Shown in pieces: positions 25,401 to 39,765 of a DNA stretch of 64,000 nucleotides (within the stretch, counting starts at the first letter, position 1; each line of letters opens with the position of its first letter). This DNA comes from Lytechinus pictus (lineage: Eukaryota). The notes under the pieces are model-generated. The model saw only the letters and a program-made list of their open reading frames with translations, was not told the origin of the DNA and made no database searches. The position numbers and the translations under genes were made by a program. The DNA is taken from positions 9,116,001 to 9,180,000 of the forward strand of contig NC_087263.1 of the NCBI RefSeq assembly GCF_037042905.1. The letters run 5' to 3'.

Positions 25401-28023
25401 TTAAAGCAATACAATAAGATGGCACTATTTATTACATGGTTAAAGTACAATAACTGTATAAAAAACACGCAGGATGATTTTGAATAGCGAAATAAAAGAA
25501 AAAAATTGAGCGTTTATTTACTGAAAAGTCAATTCATTTTCAAAATGGTATTTCATTAAAATACAGATACCATTCCTTTGACCGCATTGACACTATGATG
25601 TAAAAGGTCTTTTTACCTTGACACTAAATAAATTTGTCAATTCCTTCAATAGCTGGTGAGAAAGCGATTTTGAAATTCTGATTTAGAGTGAGGTAGAATT
25701 CCATGATTCTATTCCTTTTTCGCGAACCTGAGCAAAAGAAAAAAAAATTACAAGACAAAAAGAATCAAATAAATCTCTGCTGCATATGTTACAGAAAGAA
25801 AATATATTATCGAATCTAAATGGGAGAGGAGAAGGGGCAGAAAAACAGGCTGGGGACAGAGACAGGGGGGGTTAAAATCTGTGGCATACCTTATCCCCCC
25901 CACTATTTTGAAATTCCTCATATCCCTTGACACACCACCTCCCTCTGCAACGTTAGCTAACATAAAATAATAACTTTCATTTCAGAGGTCCTTAACTGAC
26001 ACTTCTCTCTTCATATATACTTGCTCATCAAATTGTTCTCATCCAAATCATTAAAACTTGTCATATATGTCTATTTAAGGACTATATTCCATATCACCTA
26101 GTTGCAACATATCCTATGACAAAATAACAAATCTCTAATAATCACAATATAACAACCATAAATACAATTCGCTTGGAATATAATAATACAGATCTAAATG
26201 GGTTTAAAATCCTCTTTGCAATTATTTACAACACTGAAAAAGAGACTCTCGATAAAGATGATATGCTGCTAAAAGGATAATTTACAAATTAAAAAGGACA
26301 ATTTCATTGTCATATAATAATCACCATGAAGTTTATATAATGTTTATTGTATACATGTACATTACAGATTCATTTCTAAAATGAACTCGCATATATCCAT
26401 GTACAATTTTATGATTGAATATATATGTACAATGCTGCATTAGGAATCCTCAGGATGTTAGTAAAAACAAATATGTTTGCATTGATGGAGCTTTTGTGAT
26501 GTTAATTACAAGTTCATATTTGCACAAATAAAACAGCAATGAGATTTATGTAAAACAAAAATTGATGCATGCCAACAAACCAGGTATTTTATAATGCTGT
26601 CTGAAGACCAAAATTTATTAATGTATCTTCAAGAATATAATAATTTGACAGCAAATACCTGAAGTTTCCAGAATTTGTTCATAAAATCAAGAGAAAAATT
26701 GATTGTAAGATAGATTGCATATTTTGTCTTGTTTTCTATTTATTGTCTGTGTGGAGCCAAGGGTGGTTCATAAAGCTGTTCCTAAGCTAAGAACTTATTA
26801 ATGATTGACTGGATTATGAAGTGCTAAATGGGAGATTCTCATCATTCTAAGTTCTAAAAGCTTTAAGTTAACACGATCAATATTTTGAATGTTAACAACT
26901 TTTAACAAATACAGGGCAACATACAAATCCACCTTAGCTGTTATCCCACATTTGGTCATAAAGTCGGTTGCAACTTTATGGCGGGTATCGTGAAACACCC
27001 CCCTGCCATTGAAAGGTCACATATACGTTTGGATACGACTGGATATTGTAGCGATATAAAAAGCTGCAAATATATATTTCATGTATTAGACAAGATGCAT
27101 TATTTAGCACACCATTTATTTGTCAAAAGAATAACATCTAACAAACATATCCTAACTGGTCATTTATCTAATTTCATGAAGATATGACATAGCTGTATCC
27201 TCATGTGTTTGTGTAAGACATGGAAATACTTTCATTCTCATAAATATATATAAGGTATATAGATAAAACATCTCATGATTTGTCTAAGTAAATATTATTA
27301 ATATCACCGCTAATAATGGTCTCTATCATTATTTATTTATTCATTTGCAAACGAATGCTTTTTCCCCTAATCTAATGATCATAGCAAACCACCCGGGTTT
27401 TATGGGTAGTTAACTTTGTTGCACAGGAAAGTGATTACTTTTCATTCATAAATTCATCTTATGATCATTTTCAAATAAGCAAAAAAATATATAATTTCAT
27501 TAACAAATTTATGTCATTTAAAAAAGTTTTAAAAATGGCCCAATTTTGCTAGCATATATAAAGGGGAAAAAAAGTCTGAATGTCATAGAATGTTACCAAT
27601 ATGACGATTTCAAAGATTCTTTTTTCCTGCGTCTGAATCACTAGTATTAAAATGAAACCTACATTGGTTGATTAATAGTGTGGTGTTGAGTGTTAGAGTG
27701 TGCTAAGAATGTGGATCAGATACTAAATGTGTTATTGGTAGCACAACACCCAGTGATACGATTCTTAACACCAGACCTGCTTTAACTTGGGTGTTGTGGC
27801 TGGAATTTATTATACCCTCACACTAACACCAGGGTTGAACACCACACTAAAACTCATTATACTGGACAATAGCTCACATAACACTTGTTTACAAAACCAC
27901 CTCAATAATTTAATCTACCTTGTGGCTTCATAATGCTTTACAGTGGAAAAAAATCATTATTTATCCCCAAGGAGTATAGCACAATTAGCACATTATAGCA
28001 CATTCAAAGCAACAGAGTTCTAA

Positions 28024-28294
28024 GGGCCCCCGTCTTACAAAGAGTTACGATTGATCCAATCGATCGTAACTATGGAAATCCATCAGTGTCAAATTTTTTT
28101 CAAAAGAAAATTTGCAAAATGTCCTTTGTAAACAAAGGAGAACACACCAAATTGTCAAGAAATAAATGAATTTATGGATAACCATTGATAACTAGAACAA
28201 ATTTTGAACAAACATGCATTTTATATGTTGACTTTGCTGGCTTTCCATAGTTGCGATTGATTGGATCAATCACAACTATTTGTAAGACGGGCCC
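28024..28294. mobile_element. MITE in the putative 3' UTR
   Basis: GGGCCCCCGTCTTACAAAGAGTTACGATTGATCCAATC / GATTGGATCAATCACAACTATTTGTAAGACGGGCCC. Confidence 0.8.
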
Positions 28295-30083
28295 TGCAAT
28301 CCTCTTTGCATAGACAATCCTAAAGCGGTGGATGGACAAATCAAGAATTGCAATCACTGGACAATGTTAGCAGAAGACTGTTGTGTTATGATTCCTCCTC
28401 GATGGGAAAATTCTTGTAAAATGGATTGAAGCACACTGCTGGGGGGAGGGGGGATTTTGTGAAGTCGGTGCAAGAACGCCCTAACAAAACATTTTCGCGC
28501 ACCACATACATGTAGGTGCAGAAACACCAATATGCAAAGCACTCATACACGCTGCTAAGGGCGTTTTTGCGCGCATGCAATATGTGAAAATGCGGTGTTA
28601 AGGGCGTTCTTGCACCGACACAATGAAGTATGGTCCATCTTGGTGTGTTAACTACATGTAGAGAAGAACCCCCCATCTCCATCTAAGAGGCCACAGCTGA
28701 CCACTGACCATGGTCAACACAACATAAGGTCTACATGCAACATTAGGCAATGGACATCGGTAGCATACATAGGTCTTTAACCCACTTATTACTGAATTCT
28801 GTATGTCCCGTTGACTTCGTACATGGACAACCCAATATTAGAAGTCAAAAGCTTAAATCTTACTTGGTGGGCTTCTGCGGTGTAAGCCGCATGAACTACA
28901 TGTAACCAGTGGCTTTCCAATCTCTTAATTGCAGTAGCATACTACAAGAAAATGCAGATGCCTGCAGTGGATGGGATAAAGCATACAGAGCACACCAAAG
29001 AATACTTTACCCGAAGTAATTAAGATGCACTGAATCGAGCATATTATTTACAAGCTAGCTAGATTTACCAACACTTCTCACCAAGACAGGAGCTATTCGG
29101 TGTATGGGTTGCGAATAACAATTGATGTGAGAATAATTGGTACGGACATTATGTATATTGCAGTTTCGTGAATTAGCAATATGAACCACTGAGCACAACA
29201 TGAAAGTACATTTAACAAATGGAAGCATTAGAAAGGATAGCCAGAACCCGAAATGACGACTTCTACCAATATTTTGTATTATCTCGTCAGATTTGGCACG
29301 ATAAACAACCGACTGTTGCACTTGACGAAACGAGGGTGAAAGTCCGTTTCCAAACAATGAAATATACTATAGTTACAATTAAAAATTGGTAGTGCTGCGA
29401 TGTAAGTGTCTGTGACAGTTGGTGTCCATGCAAATCTTCCTGTTAGAAGATTACAAATTATTCCGACTCATTTCCCCTTCCCCTTCATATATTATCAAGG
29501 TTGGTTTCAATCCTGATATCGCTAAAATTTTAATGCAAAGTGCAACATAAAAAACCCCCACTGATGTCCTTTGTGTCTACAGCGGGTCACCTTCATGCAA
29601 GTGTATATGTTAAGACAGTGCTCATTTCTAACAGGTAATTCTGACCTTCACAAGCATCGGTCATGCTCAAGAGTATTGCTTTCACACCAATCTTTAAGTC
29701 TACAAGTACATGACACACAGAGCGCTACACATTACATGTTTTTCATCACCACAATCTTGATAAATACATCCCTCCTATCTAAGGGGGGATTTTGAAGAAT
29801 GTGGGGGCAACCGACTACTGAACGTAAACAAAGTTGTAGATTTCATTTCTACCGACTAAGTAGTGACAGATTTAACAGGTACGAATCTGGTTCGAAATCC
29901 TTCTACCACCCGATACCGACTTTTAATCATCACAAGACACCGAGGCATTTTTTCGCATATTCACACATGTACATTTCAACATTATAGCACTTTGAAGGGT
30001 TCACGCATTAGCTCCAAGCCTTTTTTTTTTTCTGGTTGCAGCAGTGACGCAACTGTGATGCAACTTGGGTCGTTCGGTGTGGA

Positions 30084-30266
30084 TCACGTCTCCTCCGCTG
30101 CCTTTTGATTGTCTCCTAGTCTGCTGCCCTCTTGCGGCTTGTTGTCGTGACAACAGTCTTCACTGAGTTCTTGGTCCGTAAGACCGTTGTCTCCTTCCAT
30201 GCTGCGACTGCAGTCAGAGTTGCGTTCTTCTGAGTCTTCGCGGATCGGGGCCATGGACTTCATGGA
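30084..30266 (-). CDS. PDE3: Probable terminal coding exon of PDE3: SMKSMAPIREDSEE...NQKAAEET*
   Basis: Strong polypyrimidine tract plus aacag|TCC, phase 0. GC-richer open frame ending in TGA, followed by long AT-rich UTR-like sequence. Confidence 0.75.
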   Translation of the reverse strand, partial: SMKSMAPIREDSEERNSDCSRSMEGDNGLTDQELSEDCCHDNKPQEGSRLGDNQKAAEET

Positions 30267-32011
30267 CTGTTCAGTGAGAGAAAGACAAGGGAAAATAGAA
30301 ATAATGATAAGATAAAAGCAATTTGATAATTTGCCTCGATGAAATTTTATGTTATCTGTAATGAATTTGTTTTTTACTTGGTAGAGTGTCAATTATTTTC
30401 TGTTATCTGCATAAAATCAACACTGTTTTTCAAAGTGACTTGCAAATCATTGCAATGAGACGACACAATAATTGTATTCAAAGACTTTTCTCACTTAAAA
30501 GCACATGTTACCACTATATGTTCAAAGAATTATACGATTACATGTACATGTGATAATAAGTAGAAAAATGTTCTGTCTAACATGTGACATTATTATCTAT
30601 TAATCATTTAATTCTTACATTATTATTAATAATCAAATATTCAAGCAAATTTTAGGTTTAATTCTAAATCACGTGCTACATGTATATGTATTCTGGGTAA
30701 AAAGAAATATATCAAAAATGTAATTTTATTATTTTTCTTCAAGAAGGGAATGTCATGAATGACGAATTACAATCGATGTTAACCTTTTTTTTTTGCCCAC
30801 TATTTATTTGTTTGAATACAGCAAAAGAAGAATGTTAGGAGATAACTGAAGACTATTTATCACTATCAGGTCATCAATTCATTGATAATGATTATTGTTT
30901 GATGGTTAGTTGTAAAATGTATCTCTATGCCAAACTGTATACATCATATAAATGTTAAGAAACATGTACCCATACAGTAGGGTATAATACACCCACACAC
31001 ACAAGAGAGATTGTAGTATAATTATGTTAAAGTTAATTTGTTGCATTTCAAATGAAACAGCAAACGCTTTACAAATGAATAAATAAATGATATAATAAAC
31101 AGAGTATATCATAGAATAGACATTTGGGAATTTTGGAAGGGCTATTGCAGATGGTGAATAGATAAATAAATGTTTGGCATTACATACATGTACATGTAAG
31201 ACTATTCGATATTGACTAATATTGAATTACATGAACTACATTGTATGGCATGCCACCCACAGCAATGTCAATTGACGTCACTCTTGAGGGGAAAACTATT
31301 CAATTACATGGATGGCCTGTCATACATACAGTTATGTAAGTCTAAAAAATCCAGTTAATCTCTGGGCTCGTTCAGGCATGGTGAGAAAACGCTCATCAAC
31401 CGGGCTCAGTGGCATTTGTGCTCTTAGCCAAGACGACACAAAGCAACTTAAATCAATGTTGGAGATGAAGGAGCATGTTCCCTGGATACAGAATTTTGTG
31501 GACCATTTTAAATCATATCCTTTGTCTGCAGTTCATAATGAACTCTTGACATCATAATTAAGCAATTATGCTGGCAGAACTTACTTTGTGCATTTTTGGA
31601 TTATCTCTTTTCAAATATAACAATGCCACTTTTATTGAGATTTATTTTTAAATACTTTTCACGGAGGTTGCTTAGTTTCAAATTTAGATGTATAATGCCA
31701 TGTTTGTGTGCATACATGTAGGTATTGAGATTTATTTTTCAATACGTATGTTGCTACATGTAAGCTTTGTCACAGTATTGGGGCATTACGAGAAACTTGC
31801 AATCAATCGCAACTCAATTTCTGCTTTCCAAATCAATTGCAAATCTGGAAATTAATTGCAAACTTTGCATTTGATTGCTTGTCTGATTCTTGTAACAAGA
31901 AGTAAGACTCAATTTTTCATATTTGAAATTAAGATATCAATTGCAAATCTGAAACAGAAGATCTTTGTGACTGATTGCAAAACACCACCTGCAACTGAAC
32001 GATACGTACAA

Positions 32012-35000
32012 TAGTGGAGCGGTTATGTGACAAAAAATGGCCAAGATGCTCGGATCTGGCAGAAAGTGTAAAAATTGGTATACATGGGTATTTTTGGGCG
32101 CTGATTTCAAATATTGCCGGCCCCAAGCGATTCGACCATCGGGTCGGCCGCCATTTTGAAATCCAAGATGGCCACCATGAAAAATCATTAAATGTCATTT
32201 TCTTGAATTTTACATGGCATGTGACACTGAAATTTGGCATATAGGGGTATTTTGAGGCACTGATTTCAAATATTGCCGGACCCCAGCAATTTGACCATTT
32301 GGCCGGTGGCAAAATGGCCGCCATCTTGAAATCCAAGATGGCCGCCATGATATATTATTGCAATCATTTTTTCGAGTTTTATATGAACTGCAGTATTTAA
32401 ATTTGGCATATAGGCTTGATTTGGGGTGCTGATTTCAAATATTGCCTCCCCAAGTGATTTGACCATCGGGTCGGCCGCCATTTTGAAATCCAAGATGGCC
32501 GCCATGAGAAATCATTAAATGTAATTTTCATGAGTTTTACATGACGTGTGACACTGAAATTTGGCATATAGGGGTATTTTTAGGCACTGATTTCAAATAT
32601 TGCCGGCCCCCAGCAATTCGACAGTTTGGTCGGCGGCAAAATGGCCGCCATTTTGAAATCCAAGATGGCCGCCATGAAAAATCATTAAATGTCATTTTTT
32701 TTAGTTTTACATGATAGGCGACACTGAAATTTGGCATGTAGGGGTATTTTGAGGCACTGATGTCAAATATTGCCGGCCCCCAGCAATTTGACCTCCAGGT
32801 CAGCAGCAAAACGGCCGCCATCTTAAAATCCAAGATGGCCGCCTTGAAAGATAATTTGCTCAAGTCTTACGTATGGCCTGTAACACTTTAAATTTGGAAA
32901 AAAAACTTGATCTTTGCATCCTTGATCAATGAAAAGAACATAGTAAATAGATGCTATTTTGAATTCCAATATGGTTACCAAGTTTGAATGATGTTCAACA
33001 TTATAATGGTGAGTAACATATGTATCATCAGTCAAAAGAGAAGAAAATAAGCTTTCTTTTGGCGTCCGAGTTGCTTTCTACACGTGTGTTAAGTTCGACG
33101 GCATCGCCCACAACTGAGATTTCCCTGTGATCTCCATAGACTTCTCTCGAATCCAGTAATGTTCATCCAATTTATGGCAGCCATCTTGAAATCAAAGATG
33201 GCTGCCATAAAAAAATCATTAAAAAAAATCAAGTATCATAATTATAATGTAGGTATTATTTTCACATCTGGCATTTTTGGATAACCATCGTGTGTTCGAC
33301 AATCTGACAATGGGAGCATGTTCGCCTCTCAATCTGGAGATCGGGAGTTCAAGCTCCGACAGCATCAGACCAAAAGATGTTAGAAAAGGGGAGCTGCTTC
33401 TAACCTGTTTGGCGGTCAACGAATTAAAGGGGAAGTTCAACCTGACAAAAAGTTTATTGAAACAATAACAGAATAAGTAATGAAAAAAAATATTGAAGGT
33501 TTGAGGAAATTCCATCAAATATTTAAAAAGCTATTGGAATTTCATTTGGTGCATTTGTGACGTCAGATGCAAGCAGTTCCCCCATGTTTCTTATAGTACA
33601 AAAATCAATGAAATGTAGCCTCCTCAAAAAAATGAAATGTTTTTTTATTGGACCCTCAGTATATCAACAAACAAATGATTTCACACCCGCTCCAGGAAAA
33701 AAAAAATACCCATGATGAACCATTTATGCATTTTATATCACGCAACATAATGGGAAAGCTGCTCGTACAGTAGCCTATATGACGTCACAAATCAAAAACT
33801 TAAAATTCTAATATCTTTGATGGATCCACCAATATCTTTTTAATATCATATTTTCTTTTGTTTTTACAACAAACTTTTCTCTGGGGTGAACTCCCTTTTT
33901 AAAGGATAGAGCAACGTCCGATGTCGCGCTACTAAGTTGCTGCCGGGCTCACGATCTACAGGGTATGGGCAAAATAAATTTTTAGGAGCATTTCTGTTAC
34001 TGAATTCTATTTTGAACAATAAAATATGTATTATTATCATCCATTATTAATATTAATTTAATTTCATCATCATCATCATCATCATCATCATACTACTATA
34101 TAACCATCAGTACTTCAAGTCTGGAGCGGTTTTCTTCATGTTGATTTGTAATAAAATATTGCAATTATTGGAGCAATATTCTAAAACCAGCGGGCAAAAA
34201 TCCTGCCTGTATTTCTAAAATGCAGTGCCTCAAATTGTTTAAAACCAAGAAAATTATTTTAATGAATTTTCATGACAGTCTACCCTCTCTAGATTTCAAG
34301 ATGGTGGCCATTTTGCAGCATATCTGTTGGACAGATTACTGGGGGCAATTTCAATATCCCTAGATGCCAAACTTTAAAATAATACGTTACGTGATACTAG
34401 ATAAAGTGATTTTTTTTCAATGATCTTTTTCATGGCAGCCATCTTGGATTTCAAGATGGCTGACATTTTGCCTCTGACTCAGGATCAGATCGCTGAGGGC
34501 CAGCAATATTTGAAATAAGCACCCCACACTCCGTCGATTTGTCAAAGTGCAATAATGCAGATCATATAAAACTCAAAGAAATAATTTAAAGCCTCTCAAC
34601 AGAAAATGATTGTTCCGGATGGTTATTATTCAACCAAAGCCACTTCAAATGTGTAACTGCAGAAGAAGCTAGCTGGTTTGTGTATTTATGGTGCTTCATA
34701 CTTACGTAACATCTATATCAGCAATTAAGGATGCCAAATTCCTTGCAACGGACAAAGATGTGGTTGTGTTGGATTTGTTTTCAGTGCCAATGCAATGGGT
34801 TTTACTCACCATTATAATGTTGAACATCATTCAAACTTGGTAACCATATTGGAATTCAAAATAGCATCTATTTACTATGTTCTTTTCATTGATCAAGGAT
34901 GCAAAGATCAAGTTTTTTTCCAAATTTAAAGTGTTACAGGCCATACGTAAGACTTGAGCAAATTATCTTTCATGGCGGCCATCTTGGATTTTAAGATGGC

Positions 35001-35796
35001 GGCCGTTTTGCTGCTGACCTGGAGGTCAAATTGCTGGGGGCCGGCAATATTTGACATCAGTGCCTCAAAATACCCCTACATGCCAAATTTCAGTGTCGCC
35101 TATCATGTAAAACTCAAGAAAATGACATTTAATGATTTTTCATGGCGGCCATCTTGGATTTCAAAATGGCGGCCATTTTGCCGCCGACCAAATTGTCAAA
35201 TTGCTGGGGGCCGGCAATATTTGAAATCAGTGCCTCAAAATACCCCTATATGCCAAATTTCAGTGTCACATGACATGAAAAACTCAAGAAAATGACATTT
35301 AATGATTTTTCATGGCGGCCATCTTGGATTTCAAAATGGCGGCCGACCCGATGGTCAAATCACTTGGGGCCGGCAATATTTGAAATCAGCAACCCGAATT
35401 AATCCTATATGCCAAATTTCAATACCGCAGTTCATATAAAACTCGAAAAAATGATTGCAATAATATATCATGGCGGCCATCTTGGATTCCAAGATGGCGG
35501 CCATTTTGCCTCCGGCCAAATGGTCAAATTGCTGGGGGCCGGCAATATTTGAAATCAGTGCCTGAAAATACCCCTATATGCCAAATTTCAGTGTCACATG
35601 CCATGTAAAACTCAAGAAAATTACATTTAATGATTTTTCATGGCGGCCATCTTGGATTTCAAAATGGCGGCCGACCCGATGGTCAAATCGCTTGGGGCCG
35701 GCAATTTTTGAAATCAGCGCCCAAAAATACCCCTGTATGCCAAATTTCACACTTTCTGCCAGATTCGAGCATCTTTTTCACATATCTACTGGACTA
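32012..35796. mobile_element. Academ-like non-autonomous foldback transposon with ~1 kb TIRs
   Basis: TAGT...ACTA termini; 3-bp TSD CAA (32009-11 and 35797-99). Arms 32012-~33016 and ~34802-35796 are inverted copies built of tandem subrepeats. Confidence 0.85.
33428..33897. mobile_element. Kolobok-like MITE nested in the Academ-like element
   Basis: TTAA|AGGGGAAGTTCAACC...GGGGTGAACTCCCTT; similar to 40181-40730 and 41204-41804. Confidence 0.7.
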
Positions 35797-36114
35797 CAAG
35801 TCTTTAATAGTGAAATACCTCTATGATTAGTGGTCATATTTCTTTCTTTCCCTTTTTTAAGGAGAATAGCATTTTCATAATGAATGGTATCTATGGACTT
35901 GTAAATTAGTGAAATGAATAAATAAACACAGATATTTCATCAACTTTCTAAAGCTGTTAATAATAAACAGATCACATATAACATTATAAGTGTATCATAC
36001 AGATATAATTAATAACCCCAGGTTAAAGAACTTCACTTTTTTATTCATAATTTAAATAAGTTCAATTGACTTTTTTATTCTTCATTCTCAACTTGCAAGC
36101 TTCTGGCAAATTAA

Positions 36115-36430
36115 CCCAATAGTAGACCAAGTGGGTTTGGCCAAATTGGTGTTAAACGATATGGGGATTAGACCAAATGGTACAAGACAAGATTAATATT
36201 GGACCAACTGGCAATAAGACCATATTCACAGCAGACCAAAAAGATTTGGTTACAGTGGTGTCAGCCAATATGCAAAGTAGACCAACTACTACTAGACCAA
36301 GTGATGAGTAGACCAACTGGCATTATGGCCAAATGGACAGAACACCAAATAGTGGTATTAGACAAGAATGAAAACGCCAACAAAACAGGTATTGGACCAA
36401 ATGGCTTAGAACCGCACTATCAGAGGTAGA
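36115..36430. repeat. Degenerate short-period repeat with a (TAG)ACCAA core
   Basis: AGACCAA/GGACCAA recurring roughly every 20 bp. Confidence 0.7.
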
Positions 36431-37389
36431 TATGAACTCCTCAATGTAAAGCCTGATGCAAACTTAACAATGGCACACTTTATTAAAATAATTTTAATAA
36501 CACATTTTGCATTAAATACTTAAGTTTCATTAAGTAAAACTATATCAGAAAAAGTTTGGCATGATGCTCGAAATACATAAATAATTCTGCTCTGCAACAA
36601 GCATTGCTGATAGAGTAAAGTCCAAATAGGCTTCTTCAAGTTGCAGTTGATGACATGTTTCCTTTATTCCTACAGGGCAGCTCAAAACAGACTGGAATTT
36701 CAATTTTAGCATCCATACCAGTATTTTATTTTGGAACTTTTATTGTTAAGATATTATAGGTTGGAATGTACTTGCAATGTTTGTAAAATCGGATTGCAAC
36801 GAATTGTGTAGTGTGCCAGGCTTAATAACGGGAGTTTAGAAGAGACATTGGAAGGAAAAAAGGATGGAGAATTCTGAAAAATCTTACCTGCACATTCTCA
36901 TTTCACTTCACATTTAGACCAACCAATAATTTGTTACTGATTAATAACTTATTATTAGAAATTCACCGCAAACTTGTTAATCTTACAAGAAACCACACAT
37001 TTAATCAATATACACGTCATGTCCAAGTGCTTTACAAGTTCAATGATCAGAATAAACAAATCCATAATTAACCCATTGCCTACTGTAGTCTGCAGGTTTC
37101 TGTACAAATCCTATGGAATTTCCAGAATTTAGTAGTCAGTTGGTTAACTTTTATTTAATTCACTTTCACTGGCGTGGCATGAACAAATTTGACAAAGCTG
37201 AATTATACTTACTAAATCATTCCCAAAATTTCAATTTTAATGATCGCTATTACTATTAGTATTATCTGTAAAATAAACTTGTAAAGCACCGCACAGCATA
37301 CCAAAGGGGAAAATTAGTACTTAATATCAAACTCAGTTTCTATTTATTTCGATAATGATTTGGGGTTTCTCTCTTTGAAGCCACCTTAC

Positions 37390-37449
37390 CTCCTCCTCCT
37401 CCTCATCCACAAACACCAGATCATCGCTTTCAACCTTGGGAGAAGTGTC
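37390..37449 (-). CDS. PDE3: Probable small symmetric PDE3 exon: DTSPKVESDDLVFVDEEEEE
   Basis: aaag|GAC acceptor (weak) and GAG|gtaag donor (strong); 60 nt, phase 0-0, open frame, acidic. No homology support. Confidence 0.55.
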
Positions 37450-38241
37450 CTTTTTGTTTGAAAGCGATTCATGGCAAAAAGTAAATGACAACATAAAAAT
37501 ATGGTAGGGGGTTATCGTACATGGAGATTTGGTTAACTATCTGATATGTTGTACCATGATTATGTGCTTCTTTGTTTGGGAACAAATTCATGGCAAAAAG
37601 TAAATGACAAAAGCAGACATGATGTTGGGGAATTATAGAACATGAAGATTGGGTGATAATGATCTCGGGAGTGTCCATGAAGCATTTCGTTGGCGATTTT
37701 CACAGACTCTTTTGCTCTGAGCCAATCAGAGGCAAGGATCTCAGGAGCTTTTAACAAATAGTCAGTGACAATCACTCTATCTTAAAATGATGCTCTGATA
37801 TGTTGCGCCATGGGGCACTGAAATATGGAATTTGATTTGAATCAAAAGTTTGAAGTCGTCCAATTCACAATCAAAGTGAGCTGAAGAGAAATCAAATCAA
37901 ATCAAAGAAAAGCATGGAGCGTTTTCAATTGTTAATTCATCATTATCATGTTAGTTTTTGAGTTGCAGCATTAATAGCATTAAGTAAATTGGGCTTAACA
38001 CGTAATGTGGCTTGTGGAGAATATAGTCACCACTGCCATTTTCTCCAGAAGATCATGTTCCAGTTATTCCGCACAGTTATGCGTTATTTCACAAATAGCT
38101 ACACAAAAGAGCCCCAAGGGACGTTAACACAAGTAATCAATCGTACAATTGATGTTGGATGCTTGATTGTACATGTACATAACAATCTATGTAATCAAGC
38201 TTAAACATCAGCTCTAAAGAGAAGCACTTTGCTTTATGTTA

Positions 38242-38587
38242 CACAGTAAAAATGCCGTTAAAAAAATTTCAGCTGTGGTGACAGTTGATTCAACCACTCC
38301 CGACAGTGATAGAAAAGCCTGTGGATGTGGCAAAGTTTAAAGCCACAATCAAGTAGTCACTTTTAGCAATAATTTCTTAAAACAAAACACAACGCTGTTC
38401 ACTATATGAACTTTACAGTAGTTGTTTAAACAGTTTAAACAAGTGTTTAAACCTTAACAACAAGGTTTAATTTTTAATATTGAATCCTCAATAAAGTAAG
38501 CATGGATGTTTGAACTGTTGAACAACTACTGAAAGGTTCATTTAGTACATAGTGTTCTATAAAACTTTAAACAGCGTTTTTAGTGTG
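38242..38587. mobile_element. MITE with CAC termini; related sequence at ~21040-21235
   Basis: CACAGTAAAAATGCCGTT / AACAGCGTTTTTAGTGTG. Confidence 0.55.
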
Positions 38588-39401
38588 TACGAGGACCTGG
38601 TCACATTTTACTGGCAAATGACAGAGAAAACAGACATATATAAAGCAATTACGGTATAAAAGATCTTGTATAAAGCCAAGTCAAAAGAAACACAAGCACC
38701 CAGTTTCACTTTTCATTGACAACATGTACTTATATCACAAAAAAATCAGGAAAATTTTCACATCACAAAAATGAAGTTTGCAATTTGACCATTTAAGGGC
38801 AAGAATGGCATTTTCTCTTAGTTGTAAATGCAGTATACAAGTCGGAGCACAATTTCTCCAAGAACATACAATATTCTGAAGGATATGAAAGCTTATATTT
38901 TGAATTTTAACTTCCAATACATGTGCATGAAAAGAGATTTCAGTCATAAATTTTGTCCCCCCCCCAAAAAAAAAAAAAAAAACCAAACAAACTTTTGAAC
39001 CAAATTAATTATGTTTGAGTTTCTGATTTATTAAGGGAGTAAGGGTGTCCATTTATTGTTTAACCACACAAGCAGGGGAGATGTTGGAGGCAAGCCAACA
39101 CAATAAAACTTTTCTTATACATTGTATCTTTATTTCATGGTTAAATCTTCCTACACCTTCTTCATCTCTTTTGAAAACAATGATACAAACCATTTCATCA
39201 TCTGACGTCTACCCTGGAAACCAAAACATAGCACATAATCATGAAACTTCCAGTAAATGTTTTAAAAAAAAGATTTTACTCAGCAAATTTTTCTTGGACA
39301 ATATTAATCGATTTCAATATCCAATGACACTGGAAAACGAAATAGGCACAGACATGGCTAAATAAACCACATCAGGGATGAATACCAACAACTGTGAGAT
39401 A

Positions 39402-39765
39402 GGATGATCTTTGTAGGTTTGCATGGTGGAGTTTATAACGTGTAGAAGGTCTACGGTTCACCATGTGTAATATGAAGAAGGGAAGGAAATACAGACTGTC
39501 CTGAAGACGGACAGTCAACCTGCCCGAAACTTCGAGTAACCTCTCTTCACTTCATCCTGCTACTACTCAAACCATCGCTACTCAAGCCATATTCAGCTCA
39601 TCTCATCTGGTTTACAGTCCTTTTCAGGACTTTACTCACTTTCAAGAAAAGAATACTTCTAATTTCCTCTTTTCATCCTTTCTCGTCTTTCCATTTGAAT
39701 CTTTCTGCCTGTATGTCCTTCCCTTCTTCATTATACACATGGTAGACCATAAACCTTCGCCGCAT
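39402..39765 (+). mobile_element. Penelope-like retroelement remnant
   Basis: 12-bp TSD AACTGTGAGATA (39390-39401 and 39766-39777); ~55-bp internal inverted repeat; CTGAAGA-stem-GAAAC motif. Confidence 0.65.

Larger units (their letters stand above)
21770..30083 (-). other. Putative long 3' UTR of PDE3
   Basis: AT-rich, relatively repeat-poor stretch after the stop codon, ending in AATAAA plus a downstream GT-rich element. The extent is inferred. Confidence 0.5.

Noticed and set aside
31929..35830. Repeated MAAILDFKMAA ORFs suggesting a gene family
   Set aside because: Artefacts of the palindromic TIR subrepeats; they occur on both strands with no consistent frame.
36883..36950. Extra PDE3 exon suggested by a CAG|gtaag donor
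   Set aside because: No convincing acceptor giving an open phase-0 frame.
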